Source: Hyphochytrium catenoides
Taxonomy: Eukaryota; Protista; Hyphochytriomycota
Assembly (NCBI GenBank): GCA_900088475.1
Contig: FLMG01000833.1
Span: 1-63,593 of the forward strand
DNA length: 63,593 nucleotides
Reading direction: 5' to 3'
The translations under genes and the position numbers were made by a program. The first letter of the stretch is position 1. Each line of letters starts with the position of its first letter. Shown in pieces: positions 10,874 through 24,400 of this stretch. The notes beneath the pieces are model-generated. The model saw only the letters and a list, made by a program, of their open reading frames with translations, did not search any database and was not told the origin of the DNA.

Positions 10874-12581
10874 CTATGAAGGGGCAATCTTTGAGCTGTT
10901 TGTCATGTTGCCCGCAGCCTTGGAGCTACTGACTAGAACTGATCTTCCTGGTGGGGGAGGAAACGTCCCATCCCTTGTCTGCAGCAGCCTAAGACGTCCA
11001 AAGCGGTACAACTTGACGAAGCGGTTGTAAGGATCGAGAAGCATCCGGTAGACTTGTTCCTCGACGGCCTGTAAGGCTTCAAGAATCGGAGCATCTAAGG
11101 ACAGATGTCCTTCATGTGAAGATAGAAGCCCTTGAAGCAGAGTAATAAACCTATTCCGCAGCTTCTCCTCAATATTTATCTCACAAGCGGCGCCTCGCGC
11201 TAGGTAATCCGATAACAAAAGCTCTATAGTCCTTCTGGCAAGACCACCAGCGCCATTCTCCGGTTTGTCGGTAACCTCGTCGCGAAGCTTGCGTATCGCC
11301 TCAAGGAAGAGAACGTTCTCGCACATGAATTCTTTCGCACTGTAGTCCTTGAAGAGTTGAAAGATCTCACTATTTGCACCAAGAATACGCTTCAGGTCCG
11401 CTGCGTGCAAGGCTCGACATAGAGCCAAGCCGCCGCCATCGTCATCCTCATTGCTGGTCTCCCTCTCCCCGCCACCTTCTGAGTCTGTTCCGGCTCCGGC
11501 TCCTCCTGCAGCGACCCCTCCGGACGACCCTTTCCCTTCCACCTGCTGCTCCTTCTCAAAGCTGTAAGAGTGCAGAATTGGATTGCTGACTCCGTACCAC
11601 ATGTAGGCGAAAGAAGCCGCGACAAAGGCAAATTGCCCGAACGCGTATGCATTGAGTAGAGCTTCTTCTTGATTCTTCTTGCTTGTCCCGCCGTTAGCCA
11701 TGGACGCCAGTGGAGTGCCAAGTACAAAGAAGTAAATGATGCTCTTCCAAGATTCTCTGAGGTTGAAAGCATCTTCAACGTTGCGCATGAGGAACGCAGC
11801 TACCATGTTTCCCAACACAAGGCTTAGAAGCAAGGTAGCAGATAGCTCCCACTGCAGCACATTGAGGGCAGAAGAAGAAGGAGGTGGCATTAGAGTTATG
11901 AAGGCGCAGTTGATGTACCTACTTGTCTTCCCGAGCACTTACCTCTCCCTTTGCGTACTGTCTGCAGGCTGGATCGATCATTGCTGCTGAGAGAGAAGCA
12001 GGGCTTCTGCTTCCCAACTGGAAGATCGGCAACAGCGCTGTTAGGCAAGCCAGACCTACAAGGAATCTTGCCAGAAAGGCATCCGAGACAAACGCCGCGT
12101 GACGAGTGAACCAGCTATCCTCCGATCTCTTCCTAGACTGTTGAAAGTTGTAGACAAACCAGCTGCGAAGCAAAGTGACCATAGTGCCACAGAAGAAGGG
12201 GTACAGCTCCGCCCAGGAGAGAAGTATGGAAAGCCAGCAAGGAATTGACGGGAAAACCAGGGACTGGAGAAGTGACGGGATGTAGAGGGCGGCACCCACC
12301 AACGTAAACATCTGTAGGAACAGAGGAGTCGAGCTTAAGGGAAACTTATCTCGACGCTTCCAGAGCAAGGCGGCCAGCAAAGGGAAGAGGAGGAGATCGA
12401 GGACGAGACATGTCAAGGCAATGCCAAAGGGCCATGACTGCGTCCCGTCCACCACAAATCGTAAGCGAGGCCCTGGCTGTTGACTGGCTCTTCCACTAGC
12501 CACGAGCGAGGCAGAGAAGGTCGGATCATCGTCAGCCGCTCCGCCCTCAGCACTATGGGAACTACCAAGCTGGAAGCTCAT
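10874..12581 (-). CDS. Multipass (7TM-like) membrane protein with C-terminal RGS domain; two exons (12581-11943, 11851-10874)
   Basis: RGS box LFKDYSAKEFMCENVLFLEAI...DYLARGAACEINIEEKLR...VYRMLLDPYNRF. Hydrophobic helices in the N-terminal half. A phase-0 GT-AG intron 11942-11852 (GTAAGT...TGCAG) joins KGE|WELSATL in frame. Confidence 0.88.
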
Positions 12582-13519
12582 CCCTGAGGGTTGGGTGTGA
12601 CGCTAGTAGATTATCTGAACGTGAAAGGAGGAACTGGCCGTCTTTCTCTTCGGCTTGCGTGACAAGCTGGTTGGGCTCGTCGGTCAGAGAAGCGCTGTTC
12701 GCTGTAACGACCCTGCTTTCTCCCAACAACAGGGCGCTGCTGATGGAGTTTCTGAATGTAGTGACTTCCTTCTTAAGCTTAATCGCTCTCCTCGGTTCTT
12801 TGCACTACTTCCTTATTAGGAGCTGTCACCAAGCGACAGGCACCATCCATTGACCTTTTATATTATTCTTTCTGCGCCATGTCAACACCAGTCCTGGCTC
12901 TGGTTAGAACAATCCTGCGGCTCGCATACCCATCCAGCGGTTCGCTCTGACTGCTCTTTGGCAGCAGCAGGAGAAGATTGTCAACCCCTAAAGCTTTGCC
13001 CTTCTTGTTTCTGGGTACTCTATGGCCTAGAGCTCCTCGCACTTCCTTAGCTCGCTGCCGTACTCCCATGACTAGCTTGAACGCCTAATCTTCCCTACCA
13101 CTTGCCCTACAGATGAAAAAGCTAAGGCTCCTTTCCTATCCTCCGCTACAAAGTAAGCGCCACCTGACGCACTACTTCTGCTGCTTCCCCCAGGCTCAAC
13201 ACCTAACCTTCACTACATTCCTCTCGTCTCTCTACCAGCCCACCATAGACTGACTACTGCGGAAGCACTTCTTGCGTGACGGGAGTTTCGTGCAGAAGAA
13301 GAATCGTCAGCCTTCTTCTTTGCCTCTCTATCTCTTTCACTCCGTCTCTCTTTCCCACCTACTTTCTCTGTCCCACTACACATCATTTCCAAGGTATTAT
13401 ATCTAGAGTTTCCTCCCTTAGTGGCGTGCCTCTCATCCACAGGAGCGGCCGGCCTTTGACCAGTCATCAAAGAGCCTTCCCATCTTCATAAAAAAGGAGG
13501 GTGGGCTCCTGTCTCCTAC

Positions 13520-13585
13520 CTCTTTCTTTCTTTCTTCTTCTGTCTCTCTCTCCCTCTCGTTTTCTCTCTCTCTCTCTCTCTCTCT

Positions 13586-13623
<38 letters not shown>

Positions 13624-13760
13624 TCTTTCTTCCTCTCTCTCTTTCTCTCTCTCTTCTGTCTCTCTCTCTTTCCCTATCTCTTCTGACTTTCTCGTTCTTC
13701 CTCTCTCCCTGTCTTGCCCTCTCTCGCTTTCTCTCTCTCTCTTTCTCTCTCTCTCTCTCG
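13520..13760. repeat. (CT)n/(AG)n compound microsatellite
   Basis: Directly visible dinucleotide run. Confidence 0.95.
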
Positions 13761-14864
13761 GTCTCAACAGCCATTTTACCCTGTCCGTTACAATGCTTCG
13801 GTAAGCTTCATAGAGATCAAACGGAATGTTTCCAAAGAGTCTATGGATTGAAGTAGAACGTGAAATAGTGAAATCTACAATGAATGTTTCATCTAAGGTG
13901 GTGGGTCGTTGGTGGTCAGCTTGGCTGTAACAGACGCTGGAGGAGCGGCGACACAGAGCACATCCGTTTTCCTTTTGTAAGGAGAGAAAAGTATGGGAGG
14001 CAGGTCCTGAGAGGAGTCAAGGGGACGAGGGCATAGATCTCCAGGAGCACCGCCTGGGTATAGAAGAGAAGACGAGACCTAGGTAGCCATAGACAGAGGA
14101 CCAGCCATGGCGCTGGAGAGACAGAGGGAAGTGCAACCACGTGTTAAGGTGACTAAGAGTAAGGAAAGTAGGTCGCCTCTACCTCCTGCAGAAGAGAAAG
14201 AAGGAAACCGTGCTGCGCGGAGAATTTATGAGGGGCATGGGCTAATGACAGAGATGTGAGGTCATTATGAGGGGGGAGGAGGAGAGGTGGCGCTGGCAGA
14301 TGAAAGTAGGTGCCACAAGCTCTCTTTTAGATGAATCATCTCCCTTAGTACCCTTGTTTGGCCGCGGCAGCACTTCTTCTTCTTCTTCACATCTCTGCGT
14401 TCCCTACTATTTGTGCCTCTCATGACTGGCAGCAGACGTAGGCTCCCTCGTTTGTTCAGAGCAAAGACGCCAACGATACTGTTCTGCAGAAGAAATAGAC
14501 CAGGCCTGGAGGTAATAACCACGAAACTCGATTGTCCAAGACCATAGCGGTGAACCTTGTCACGTGGTCACCAAATTTCTCTAGGTCTACACCATCGACC
14601 AATGTGGGACCAATGATTAGGAAGAGTAACGTCCACCAGCTATCCTTACAACCATAAGAGCCCCACCCTACGGCTCTGATCTTTGCTTGCGCTCTTTTCT
14701 GATCCTATTATAGCGTCACCTTTGTTCATCGCAGTTCAGACCACCATCCCGTGGTGCCTGACCGGAGCCATCAGCAAGGAGGAGTGTTGGATAATAATAG
14801 CCAATTGTCGACGCTCAGCCACAAAAAAGTAAAGAGAGGAGAGAGATCCTTTAGCCTATTTAGG

Positions 14865-17403
14865 ATGGAGAAGCAACGTGGAGCCGGAGCCAGCTCCTCA
14901 AGGCCTTCAGCAAGGCGGTCGCTTGTCTTTGCGCGAGTGGTGCTCGGAGTGATGGGTCTCTATAGTCTTGCATTGCCCGTAGTGGACTATTTCCTCACCT
15001 CTTACGCCATGCAACCGAGCTTGGCCCTCGACACCGTTTCGGTGCTCTCAGAAGCTGGCCGATCAGCTTGGCGAGCAGTGTCTCTGACCGCGGTACTAGN
15101 NNNNNNNNNNNNNNNNNNNNNNNNNNNNNNGAAGGGAACGCCTCAACGGGACCCTAGCAACAGGGATAAAATTGGCCTCTGTGAACTTGACCAAGGGCTA
15201 TCTCTTTGACTTCTCTACTAGCGTGGATGAATGGATGGATGTCAGCGGAAATTTTGAGTCGGTGATGTGCCTAAAGAACCTTACCCTGTCAACCCTCGCC
15301 AATCTTCAATTTGACTCGGGGCATCATGAGCCGCTATTCTTAGGCTTCTTGGAGGACTTTGGTCGAAGCACCTTTCCCGACCTTTATACCTGTCTCCAAG
15401 AAGAAACATTGGAGCAGCGGATGCATTTTATTCTCGAGTTTAGCCCTAAGCTAGCGCTGAATGCATACAAGCGCGGAAAGTTTATTGGGAACAGCCTTCA
15501 GCTAGCGCGACATCAAGAAGGAGGGATGGACTTGGGAGGTGGATCTCGCCTGCAAGTGAATGTGTCAGCAGCTTTCCGCCGCGAGCTGTACACCTACCGA
15601 TGGAAAGGGACATGGGACGATGTGCTGGGAGCGGTTCGTGAGGCAATATGGCTTTGTCTTTTCTGGCCTGAAGAGGCTCCAAAGGTCTATGGCCAGGACT
15701 CTACTAGTGATCTGGCCTATCTGCGTCATTGCTTTAAGAACTTCGATATGATGGCTGAATATCGGACATCGGGCTGGAACTATCGTGACTTCCCTAACAG
15801 AGTCCCAGAAATTTACCTTCGACCGGAAAGAGTTGGCAATAACTCTCGCTGGATCTGGACTGACATCTCCACCTCGACCTGGCAGTCAGTTCTGCAGATG
15901 CCACTACATCCGCCTGTGAGCATGCACTTTGAATATATCAGAGGTCTCTACTCCCGCTGGCTGGCTCCAGTCTTCCTCTCGCCATCAACGTCATCCTCCC
16001 TTTCCTCCTCCACCGCCGTCCCAGAGTTATTCTTGACGCAGCCTCCTGAGCAGCTGACCAGCCTTACAATCTGTTCTTCTGATTGTCAGGCTAAGTGCCA
16101 GGGTGATCAGCTAAGCGGCATCTGGGTGGCACTTTCCCAGGCCAAATGCCAGAAGATGGAGCTGCCATCCCTTTCCGCCCCTCAACTTTACAACCGGACC
16201 AACTGCCTCGATGACGAGACTTATGCTTCGGCCCTTGCCAGGTCACAATACATCGTTAAAGTTGGCAACCCGTCAACTAACGTGTACATTAACCGGACAA
16301 TCCCTCATGGAGAGCAACTGCTGACGTGCCTCTTCGAAGGCTGGGTTGCTGAGAGTGTCCTCCCTGTAGAGGCCTACCAGGTGATGGAGGATAATAGCGA
16401 CAAGCCAATCCAGGTTGTCATGTACTTTGGATCCTTCCAGACAGTGCAGGTCGTCATGGTCATCTTGGGGCTCCTTGGCTCCGTCATCCTGACCTTTGAC
16501 ACGCTCCGTGTCTGTTATCTCACCTTCATCTTCCTTGAGCGGGCGGAGGGTGTTGGCGCGGTCGGTTGGCTGGCAGAGAATACCTTCATCAAGCTTGATC
16601 CGTCTTATCGCGCCATACGCTTTGCGTCCTTCAGCTTTAAGCTGATGCTTACCGCCGCTCCTGGCAGTGTCATCATTTCCAACGTTATCTATAGCTATCA
16701 CTGGAACAGAGTAAACGGCCTCACAGCAGGCGTCAATGGACTGCTGGGCAAGCTCCTGACAGGTTCTTTTACTCAGGTGCTGCAGGTCCTCGTGAGCTTC
16801 TTGTGGATTGGGAACATCTGGGGAGACTCTACGGACGGCGAGCTGGTTGGAGTGCGAAAGTCCTCCTTGAGCGATAAGTTTGGGCGTGTTTTATACTATG
16901 CCTTCACCTTCATGTACCTCTCAGAGGTTATCTCCGTGTCCGCCGTCATGAACGAGTGGGATCTGCGCATTAACTTCTATGCGGGCCTCGACTGTCGCCT
17001 CTTGGCCACAGTGATGCTTGCTCTGGCTATCTACAAGGTGGGCTACACGGTGAGCGACCGCATCCTCGTTCAACGGAGTGACCTACTCTGCGTGAAGGAG
17101 CTATTGAAAGACTGCAATGTGGAGCACATCTATGTCAAGCCCGAGAGTCTGCATGGCCTGCAGGGCGAGGCAGGACTCGAGATATCGGCAGTCCTGGATC
17201 TCATCAGCCGATTGCCTACGAGGAGAGCTTTACACTTGATCTCGACCAGGATCCATAGAGGTCACTATGGCACCCACCTAGACAAATGTAAGCGTTTGAC
17301 TGCGGCGAAGGCGGTGTCCGACAGCAGTGGGAATGGAGGCGGTCAACAGTCATCGCAAAAGAAGGATAACAGAAAACAAGAGCTGGAGAAGTTTCTGTTT
17401 TGA
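14865..17403 (+). CDS. Unknown multipass membrane protein (N-terminal TM, large Cys-containing luminal region, about 5-6 C-terminal TMs); frame broken only by an N-gap at 15100-15130
   Basis: ATG 14865 starts MEKQRGAG...VVLGVMGLYSLALPVVDYFL. The 743-aa frame is already open immediately after the gap. Hydrophobic helices are evident but no family was recognised. Confidence 0.7.
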
Positions 17404-18437
17404 CCTGACAAAGTGGCTTGAGACAGAGATTCACTTTTACCAGCCACACGGATGTCATCCGAACAGCGCAAAAGAGTTCGCCCTAAGAGTAAACTGCAGC
17501 GCCAGCCAAGTGGCTAGGTATATCGGCGCCAGCAGAGCAAGAATAGAGATGAATACGAAGCTCTGATTGACTTAAGACTTTATCTTAAAGTCCAAGCTTA
17601 CACCCTAATGAGCCCCATACTGCATCGCACTATCTCCTTGATACCTCTCACAGATCTACTATTAACTAAGACTCAATGAAGAGCTGAAGCCAGTGGCAAG
17701 ATCTTTGTCGCAAGGGCCCTTGACATGAGAGCTCGAACATCAATCGCCTGCTCACTCAGCTGCTCGGTGCTCCTAACGAAAGCCATGGCAATTTAAGCCG
17801 TAAGAACGAGCAACTAGGAACTAGGGACAAGTGGCATGTGTGGAAGACTACTTGGCAAAACTACTCTTCGCCACTGCCCCGATCTACCATCCTTGCCGCC
17901 ATCAGCAGTAGAAGCAGCTGGCAGTAAGCGAGGCAGCGCACCTCAACCCTTGGCAATGACCTGCCTGCCCTCGAAGGCAACGGAAAGAGCTCTGGCCGAT
18001 GATCTTCCCTCTGTATCTAGGCGGCAGCCTTCACATTCTGAAGATCTTCGATGTCAGCGCGTCAGCAACTTCAAGCCCAAACAAAGCACCCATCAGGTAG
18101 CCGGTAACCGCCATCCAAGGCGACGAACAGATTGGGAAGCGCCAATTCTGTGAGGAAGAGCTGAGGTCGATGATGATGAGTGCTGATAGCTTCTGAGGCG
18201 GTCACAGGCGGATCTGATGAGAGAGAAGTGCTAGGCTGCTCATCCAGAGCGAGAGATAAAGAAACTATTGCCCCGTAGCCCTGGTGCGTCTCCAAGCTAA
18301 GCTCTGCGGCTGTCTCTTGATCAGCGGCCAACAGCTTTAAGAAGGGTTAGAGGATGGGAGAAAGATAGAGCAGTGTCTCCTTATAGAACTCGACGGGAGG
18401 AAGGGCCAGGGAGCTAGCTCCTGACTGTCCAATAGTT

Positions 18438-21400
18438 ATGTTCAGGACGCTTCTAAGAGAAGCGCTGGGGCAAGGAGGCGAGGAAGTCGGCAGTCTACTG
18501 GACAAATCGACTGAACGCACCGGAGACGAGGATGATGAGGAGAACCAGGAGGATGATGAAGAAGGTGCAGAAGACTTGGAAGATGGTGACGAAGAAGAGG
18601 CCGAGGAAGAAGATAATGCTGGCAAGGAAGGGTCGAAAGAGGTAAAGACCTCAACATCTGCGCCACGCACAGGCAGCGCTGCAGAAACATCTCAGCCGGG
18701 GGCAGGAGAGCAGCAGCTGGAAGAAGAAGGAGAAGACGATGGGAGCTCTGACGAAGATGAGTTTCTCTCTCTCTCTGGAGCGGGAAAGCGGAAGCGCGAG
18801 GCTCTTGGAGCGGTGGGTGGCTCTAGAAGAGAGAGAAAGAGAGAGAGAGAGAGAGACTGACGCCATTGCGGCTCTGTCAAGGGCAACCTACTCGCCCTCT
18901 CCATCTCTGGCTTTTGTCTAGTCTTTGTCTGTGCTCTCCCCCTTCCCTCACTATTCTTATCTCTATCTTTCACGCTCATCAATCTCACTCTTCCCCTTCC
19001 CGTCTCATGTACCAGAGGAGCACACAGAGTCAGGGATCCAAGGAGAGCGACCGTAGCTCAGGTTGACGGGAAGCGCCTAGTTCTTGTCTCTGTTCTGGCC
19101 TTCTTGCCTACCTTCTATTCATTTCGAGCGCCGTCTACCGTAGGACATACGTACCGATATCTGGCGTTCCTCTTCTCCTCCCTTCTTTCTTTGTGGTCTC
19201 TATTTCATGAGGTTGATGTCCTGGGGCCCGTTCACACCGGATCCTGCGTGTCTGATCTCCGTTTCTTGTTCTTCTTCTTCTCTGAAATTTATAGTCACTG
19301 AGGCGGGCGGCCATGGCAGGAAACGGCGGCGGCTGTCGCGGAAAGGGCGGCGCCGGGTGCCGCGATCCGTTTCGAAGCACCTGAGCGACGCGTACACCTT
19401 CTTTTCCAACGGACAGTTTCAAGAGGCGATAGATGCGTTGCACGAAGTGGTAAGGATATAATGTGTGAAGAAGAAAGAAGCAGCTGATCTGTACGGTGAG
19501 ACAAGAAGGATAGAGCTAAAGGCGATGGGGAGACAAGGGGCACATGTGTGAAGAAGTGCAGGCCAAGGCCATTCATGACAGGGATTTCCTCTCCATTATC
19601 TTATGATTCAACTGGATGATTGCTCTAACTTTCCCATGTCCGCCACGGTTTTCCTGCCATCCAACATCTGCTGCCAATGCGTGACCAGGTGCGACAAGCA
19701 CCAAGCTATCCGCAGGCTTATGATACGCTATACCTGGTGCACAAAGAGCAAGGAGATAACTTGAAAGCGTTGCATTGCTTGCACATTTGTGCGCTGCTAA
19801 AGAAGAAGGTAAAGGGTACTGCCCTCATTCATGTATCCTATGGGCTACTTTGATGGGGTTCCACCTCGCAGCGTGGTCTCTGCTCTGGGCGGAAAATGCC
19901 CGAGACGGTTGCTCCTCTCACCGTTGTTCTTTATTCTCTTCATGTGTGCACCAGGATGCCTCTCTATGGCGGTCCGTGGGAATGATGGCGAGGGAGATGG
20001 GCAAGATGGACACCGCTATTGACTGTTATACAAGGTCGGTCTTGCTTGCGTTGCGTTACCGTGGCTCTCTATGCGCTTCTTAGCTTTACTTGTAAGCCTT
20101 ATCTTCTCAACGGGGCCTTGGCTGTAGATGCCACCGGCTTCTCACCCTCATGCGGTCCACTCTTTTCTTCAGAGTAGAATTACTAATCTATCCTCGCCCG
20201 GTTGACTCTCTAGAGCCATGCGACTGGAGCCTCAAAATGCCGACACACAGGCCGCACGCGCACTCATGCTTGTCGAGACTCAACAGTATAAGAAAGCAGC
20301 CGAGGCGTACGGAGCACTTGTCACAGCGGTGAGGCTCTTCGTTTTCCCCTAAGTGCTTCGTGAGTCCTTGCGACAAACGCGTTGATTGTTGTTCCTTATC
20401 TTAACAAGGCTGACCGGGCCTGTGACCTTTATTTATCTGCGTGTCTCACTCTGCTGAGTTCTACTGTGGGGCCGTGTCTCACTCTGCTGAGTGTCTCACT
20501 CTGGTGTTGGTTATCCCGTCGTCCTACCTATCCTTCCCGCATCTATCAAGGTGCTGGAAGAGCATACCGGGTACCTTTGCGTGTTAGATTTACACTTACC
20601 AAGAGTTCTGAACTGTGATAGTGCCCTGAAGACCATGCTTTGCTATTGAGACTGGCCGAGGCTTATGACTCAGACGGCCAGACAGACAAGGCCATATCCG
20701 CCCTTCAGGAGTGCATCGCAAGGTGTTTTGAGTCAGTGGAATCAGACGATGGCTCAATGGTACCCGTCGACCTTGACTGCGGTAAGAGTGGCAATAGAGA
20801 CAGAAAAGAGGATGAGCCATGATAGCTCGTCGTAAACAAGAGATCGAAGTTGCGGACAAGACGTGGGTACAGGGACACGTAAGATGGCTCAGAAGCGGAT
20901 AGAGCTCGGTTTCCTTTTCCGAGCTTCATTTTTGGAGAGAGACGCCATCCTGCGCAATGAAAAGGCGCTTGTGAGATGGTAAAGACCAGTTCAGGAAAGG
21001 GGTAGATCGAACTAAGTCACTTTGCTGCTTCTAACCGACTGGTGCAGGCCTCACAGCGTCCAATATGTTAGGAGATCTGCTTATCTTTAGGGAGCAGTAC
21101 AAAGATGCAGTCGCGGCGGTGGAGCAGTGTCACCGAACGTTAGGCCCGCAACCGCTGCCCCTCGATTTGACCGTCAAATATGGGATTTGCATGCTGCGAC
21201 TAAAGAACACGACGAGAGCAGCCTTATGCTTCAGCCACCTGTCAGTTTAAGCGTCTTCTCTTTCCAGCCTGATGCCTCGCATCCTAATCAACTCAGTTGC
21301 TTTCTCTTGAATGGTGCTCTCTCTTGATTTGGTGCTTCCATATCGTCCTAAGCTTGATAAGCCCTTCCAGGGCTATATTCAAGGGCCACCTCTAAACGTT

Positions 21401-24400
21401 ATAACCTCTATACGTTGTTTCCATTCATATCGATAGTCTTCTTGACAAAGCTTACCTTTTCTGGGCGTCGTGGTTTGTTTGCATCTCTCTTAACCTTCGT
21501 CAGGTTTGCCCAAGACATCAGTGAGCAAGGCGACGTTTGGGGTGACCTTTTTGCCAGCGTAGCGCGGCACTATGAAGGGGTGAATGACAACGAAGAAGCA
21601 TTAAAGTGGTACATTCGCCTTCTGGAGTCACCCATCTTTAACCACCAGGTAGCCAACAATCGGCCCACTAGGCCCCGCTAGCTAATGCATACTCCATCTA
21701 TAACACTTCTAGATCCCTCACCTATGTCCATATCAGACTCCTAATCTTCAGATTATTCCTACTTCTCTGTCACCTTCTTTGGTGCTGCATGTCCCTCGCT
21801 TCCTCCATTCCGCTCAGTCTGTCTAACATGGACCTCTCCACCCGCATCTGACGTGTAGCTGACATGGACACGCATCGCTCGTTGTTACGAGCGAGTAGGG
21901 GAGGACAGGATAGCGGTAGACTACTGCCAGCGAGCGCTAGATCAACAAATGGAAGAAGATGGCTTGAGAGTGGATGTCTCGCTTCTGTTGCTCCTTGCAC
22001 GCCTTTATCTGAGGCTAGGAGAGCCCCTACACGCACTTGAGAGCTTGGCGAAGTATACAGAGATGGAAAATTTCCCTTTATCTCTACCGGAAGTGATCCA
22101 TACGGAAGAGGTGATGGATGCTATTTGATGATGACCCATCTCCTTTTCGCTTGATATAACTGTCTTTTCTTTCATAGGTTGCCACTTCTTTCCTGACGCG
22201 CTTCCCTCTTCTTCATCTGCAGGCAGCAGCTGAGAAGACTGAAGAGGAGAATCAGTCTCCGCAAACTGGCCCTGAGAAGATGCTCATTTTGCCTGAGCTG
22301 GCGCTACAGCTGCTGCATGTCTGGGCTGCGGGGAAACTGGCGTTAGGCGCTTCTGAGTCTTTCCTCCATGTAAGAGTAGTACCCACGAGTGCACCTTCTG
22401 GACAATTCTTCTCCGCTGCTTCTTTTTCCGGGTCCTATCTCGTGAGGTCTCCTGAAGCCTCAGCCTCGATTTCCCTGTCCTCCTGTTTGTCTACCTGCAA
22501 ATGGAGTCGGTTCCGGGACTTTTCCCCGTCGCTGTCATACTTTTGAGCCTTGTGGCATCGTTAACTCCCACAACTCGTGCCTTAGGTTGCAGTCCCTTTA
22601 CTCTTGGAGTCACTATCTCAGTCCGATCCTGGACAGAGGAGACGGAGGTCGAAGAGGAAACTTAGCAACAACCCTGTAAGTCTCCCTCTCCCTTCTGCTA
22701 TAAAGGCGGGTGCGGACGGCGTCGGTGGTTCGTAGCCATGGCATTGCAGGTGTTATGAGTCTTGTCTGCCTGTGGACGTGTCCTCTCTTGAAGCTGAGGT
22801 GGCAACTGCTAATTTTCCATCACGCTGTTTCGAATCCCTACGGAGCGTAGCTATCCCACGCTCGTGGTGCTCCACGCTTACTTCGGGACTTTTCGCGGTC
22901 TTCGTTGCCCAAGGGCAAGGGTGGACGAAGCGGGAAAGCGGGACAAGAAAACAACGAGCCGACAAGTGGTCTCTCACTTTCCCGTCTCCGCAGTGTGACC
23001 TTTGAGCTGTCTAGGGAAGTGCCAGTGGTCTCAACACTTGGTCCGGATGCCACCAAAGAACTCGCCGTGGACGCTTCGAGGCTATTGGCTCGAGGTGGCC
23101 GTGTACCAGACGCCTTAGAGCTTTTGCAGCATCTTCTAGAGGCTGAGAAGGTGCCTTTGAGAGACGAGAGAGAGAGAGATGAGACCTGCAGCTGTGGTGG
23201 AGCAGAAAGCATGTCTTGAGGATTACTTTATCCTTGGTCTTTCCTCTTACCTTCTGTTCCTTCCAACAGATCTTCGTGCGGTGTCCCTTCTGCCCTCCCT
23301 CCCTCTCATTCTGCTCTCCAAGGCGCTATGAGCTCAGTGACTTCCTTGGCTCACACCTGCTCTTTCTCCGTACAGATCACAGAGGAAAATCTGGCTCGAG
23401 AGCTTCGATTTCTTGTGGCTTCTTACGCCATGGAAGTAGGAGACTTCCAGATGGCAGAGAACAATGCAAGGGCTGTCGTACTGCGGCGACCCCTTAGCCT
23501 TCCTCTCTGGAACCTGTTTAGTAGGGCATCAAACGGACGTGGCATCCTCACCCTCACACAGAAGTTTGCGGTAAGAAGGATGCTTCATTCTTCTTCGATG
23601 GTCGTGCCTCCTCCAAAGAGGCAGTTCCTCCTTCTGTCTGCACAAGATACCGCTTAACGGCTCCGCTTCATCTGTCCGTCATTGTACTTGCGTTCCTTGT
23701 CCTGAAAGCTGGAATTACTCACACTTCCTTTCTCTTTCCTGGCCATCTGCAGACGCGGCTCCTGGAGGCTAATCCTCACAGCTTTCCTCTGATGGTGCTG
23801 GTGGGCCATCATTGCGCAGTATCTGGCACACAGCTGTTGGCTCTCGGGGAGTACTCAGCCGCCCACAGTAGGCAACCATCGGACCCACTGCTCAACCTGT
23901 GCCTGGGAGTCACCTTCCTTAATGTTATCATGCACAGAAAGGTGCGGCCTCTTTAGGATGTTCTTATTTTGTTTAATTAATGGCCCACTACTCTTCTCAT
24001 TCCTTGTTCCCCAGTACATGTTGTCTCTTCGGCTTTGCTTAACCGCTTCATGACGCAGCCTCTCCCTTGGGCCTTTCTTAACCATAACGGGCGTGCGGCG
24101 GCCGTTTTGCTGCATGTTACGTATTTGACCTGTGTTGCATGTTCTTCTCCTCTCCTCCAGCTCAATGACAGGCATTTATGCGCTCTGAGGGCGTTCTCTT
24201 TCATGTACCGTTATATGGAATTGAGAATAGGCGAGGAAGACGAAGGAGACGGCGAGGAGACAAGGCCGGCAGAGGGCCAGACTGACGAGGATGTTGAGAC
24301 TCTCAGGTCAGGAAGGCGCTCTGCATAAACCGTACAATGCTTCTTCTTCGACTTGCACTCGTAGTATCATCTCAAATACGTGATTGCTATCTCTGCTGAC

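Noticed and set aside
11919-11942. Programmed frameshift or 24-nt mini-intron joining the TM and RGS ORFs
   Set aside because: The 24-nt GT-AG option leads to the wrong frame and a stop; the 91-nt intron gives a clean in-frame join.
13433-13774. ER/RE- and LS/SL-rich ORFs here and at 26.3-27.3, 34.3-35.2, 39.2 and 57.6-59.1 kb
   Set aside because: Translations of AG/CT microsatellites.
19045-19120. tRNA-like start (GCGACCGTAGCTCAG)
   Set aside because: No T-loop or matching acceptor stem; lies within the TFIIIC gene.
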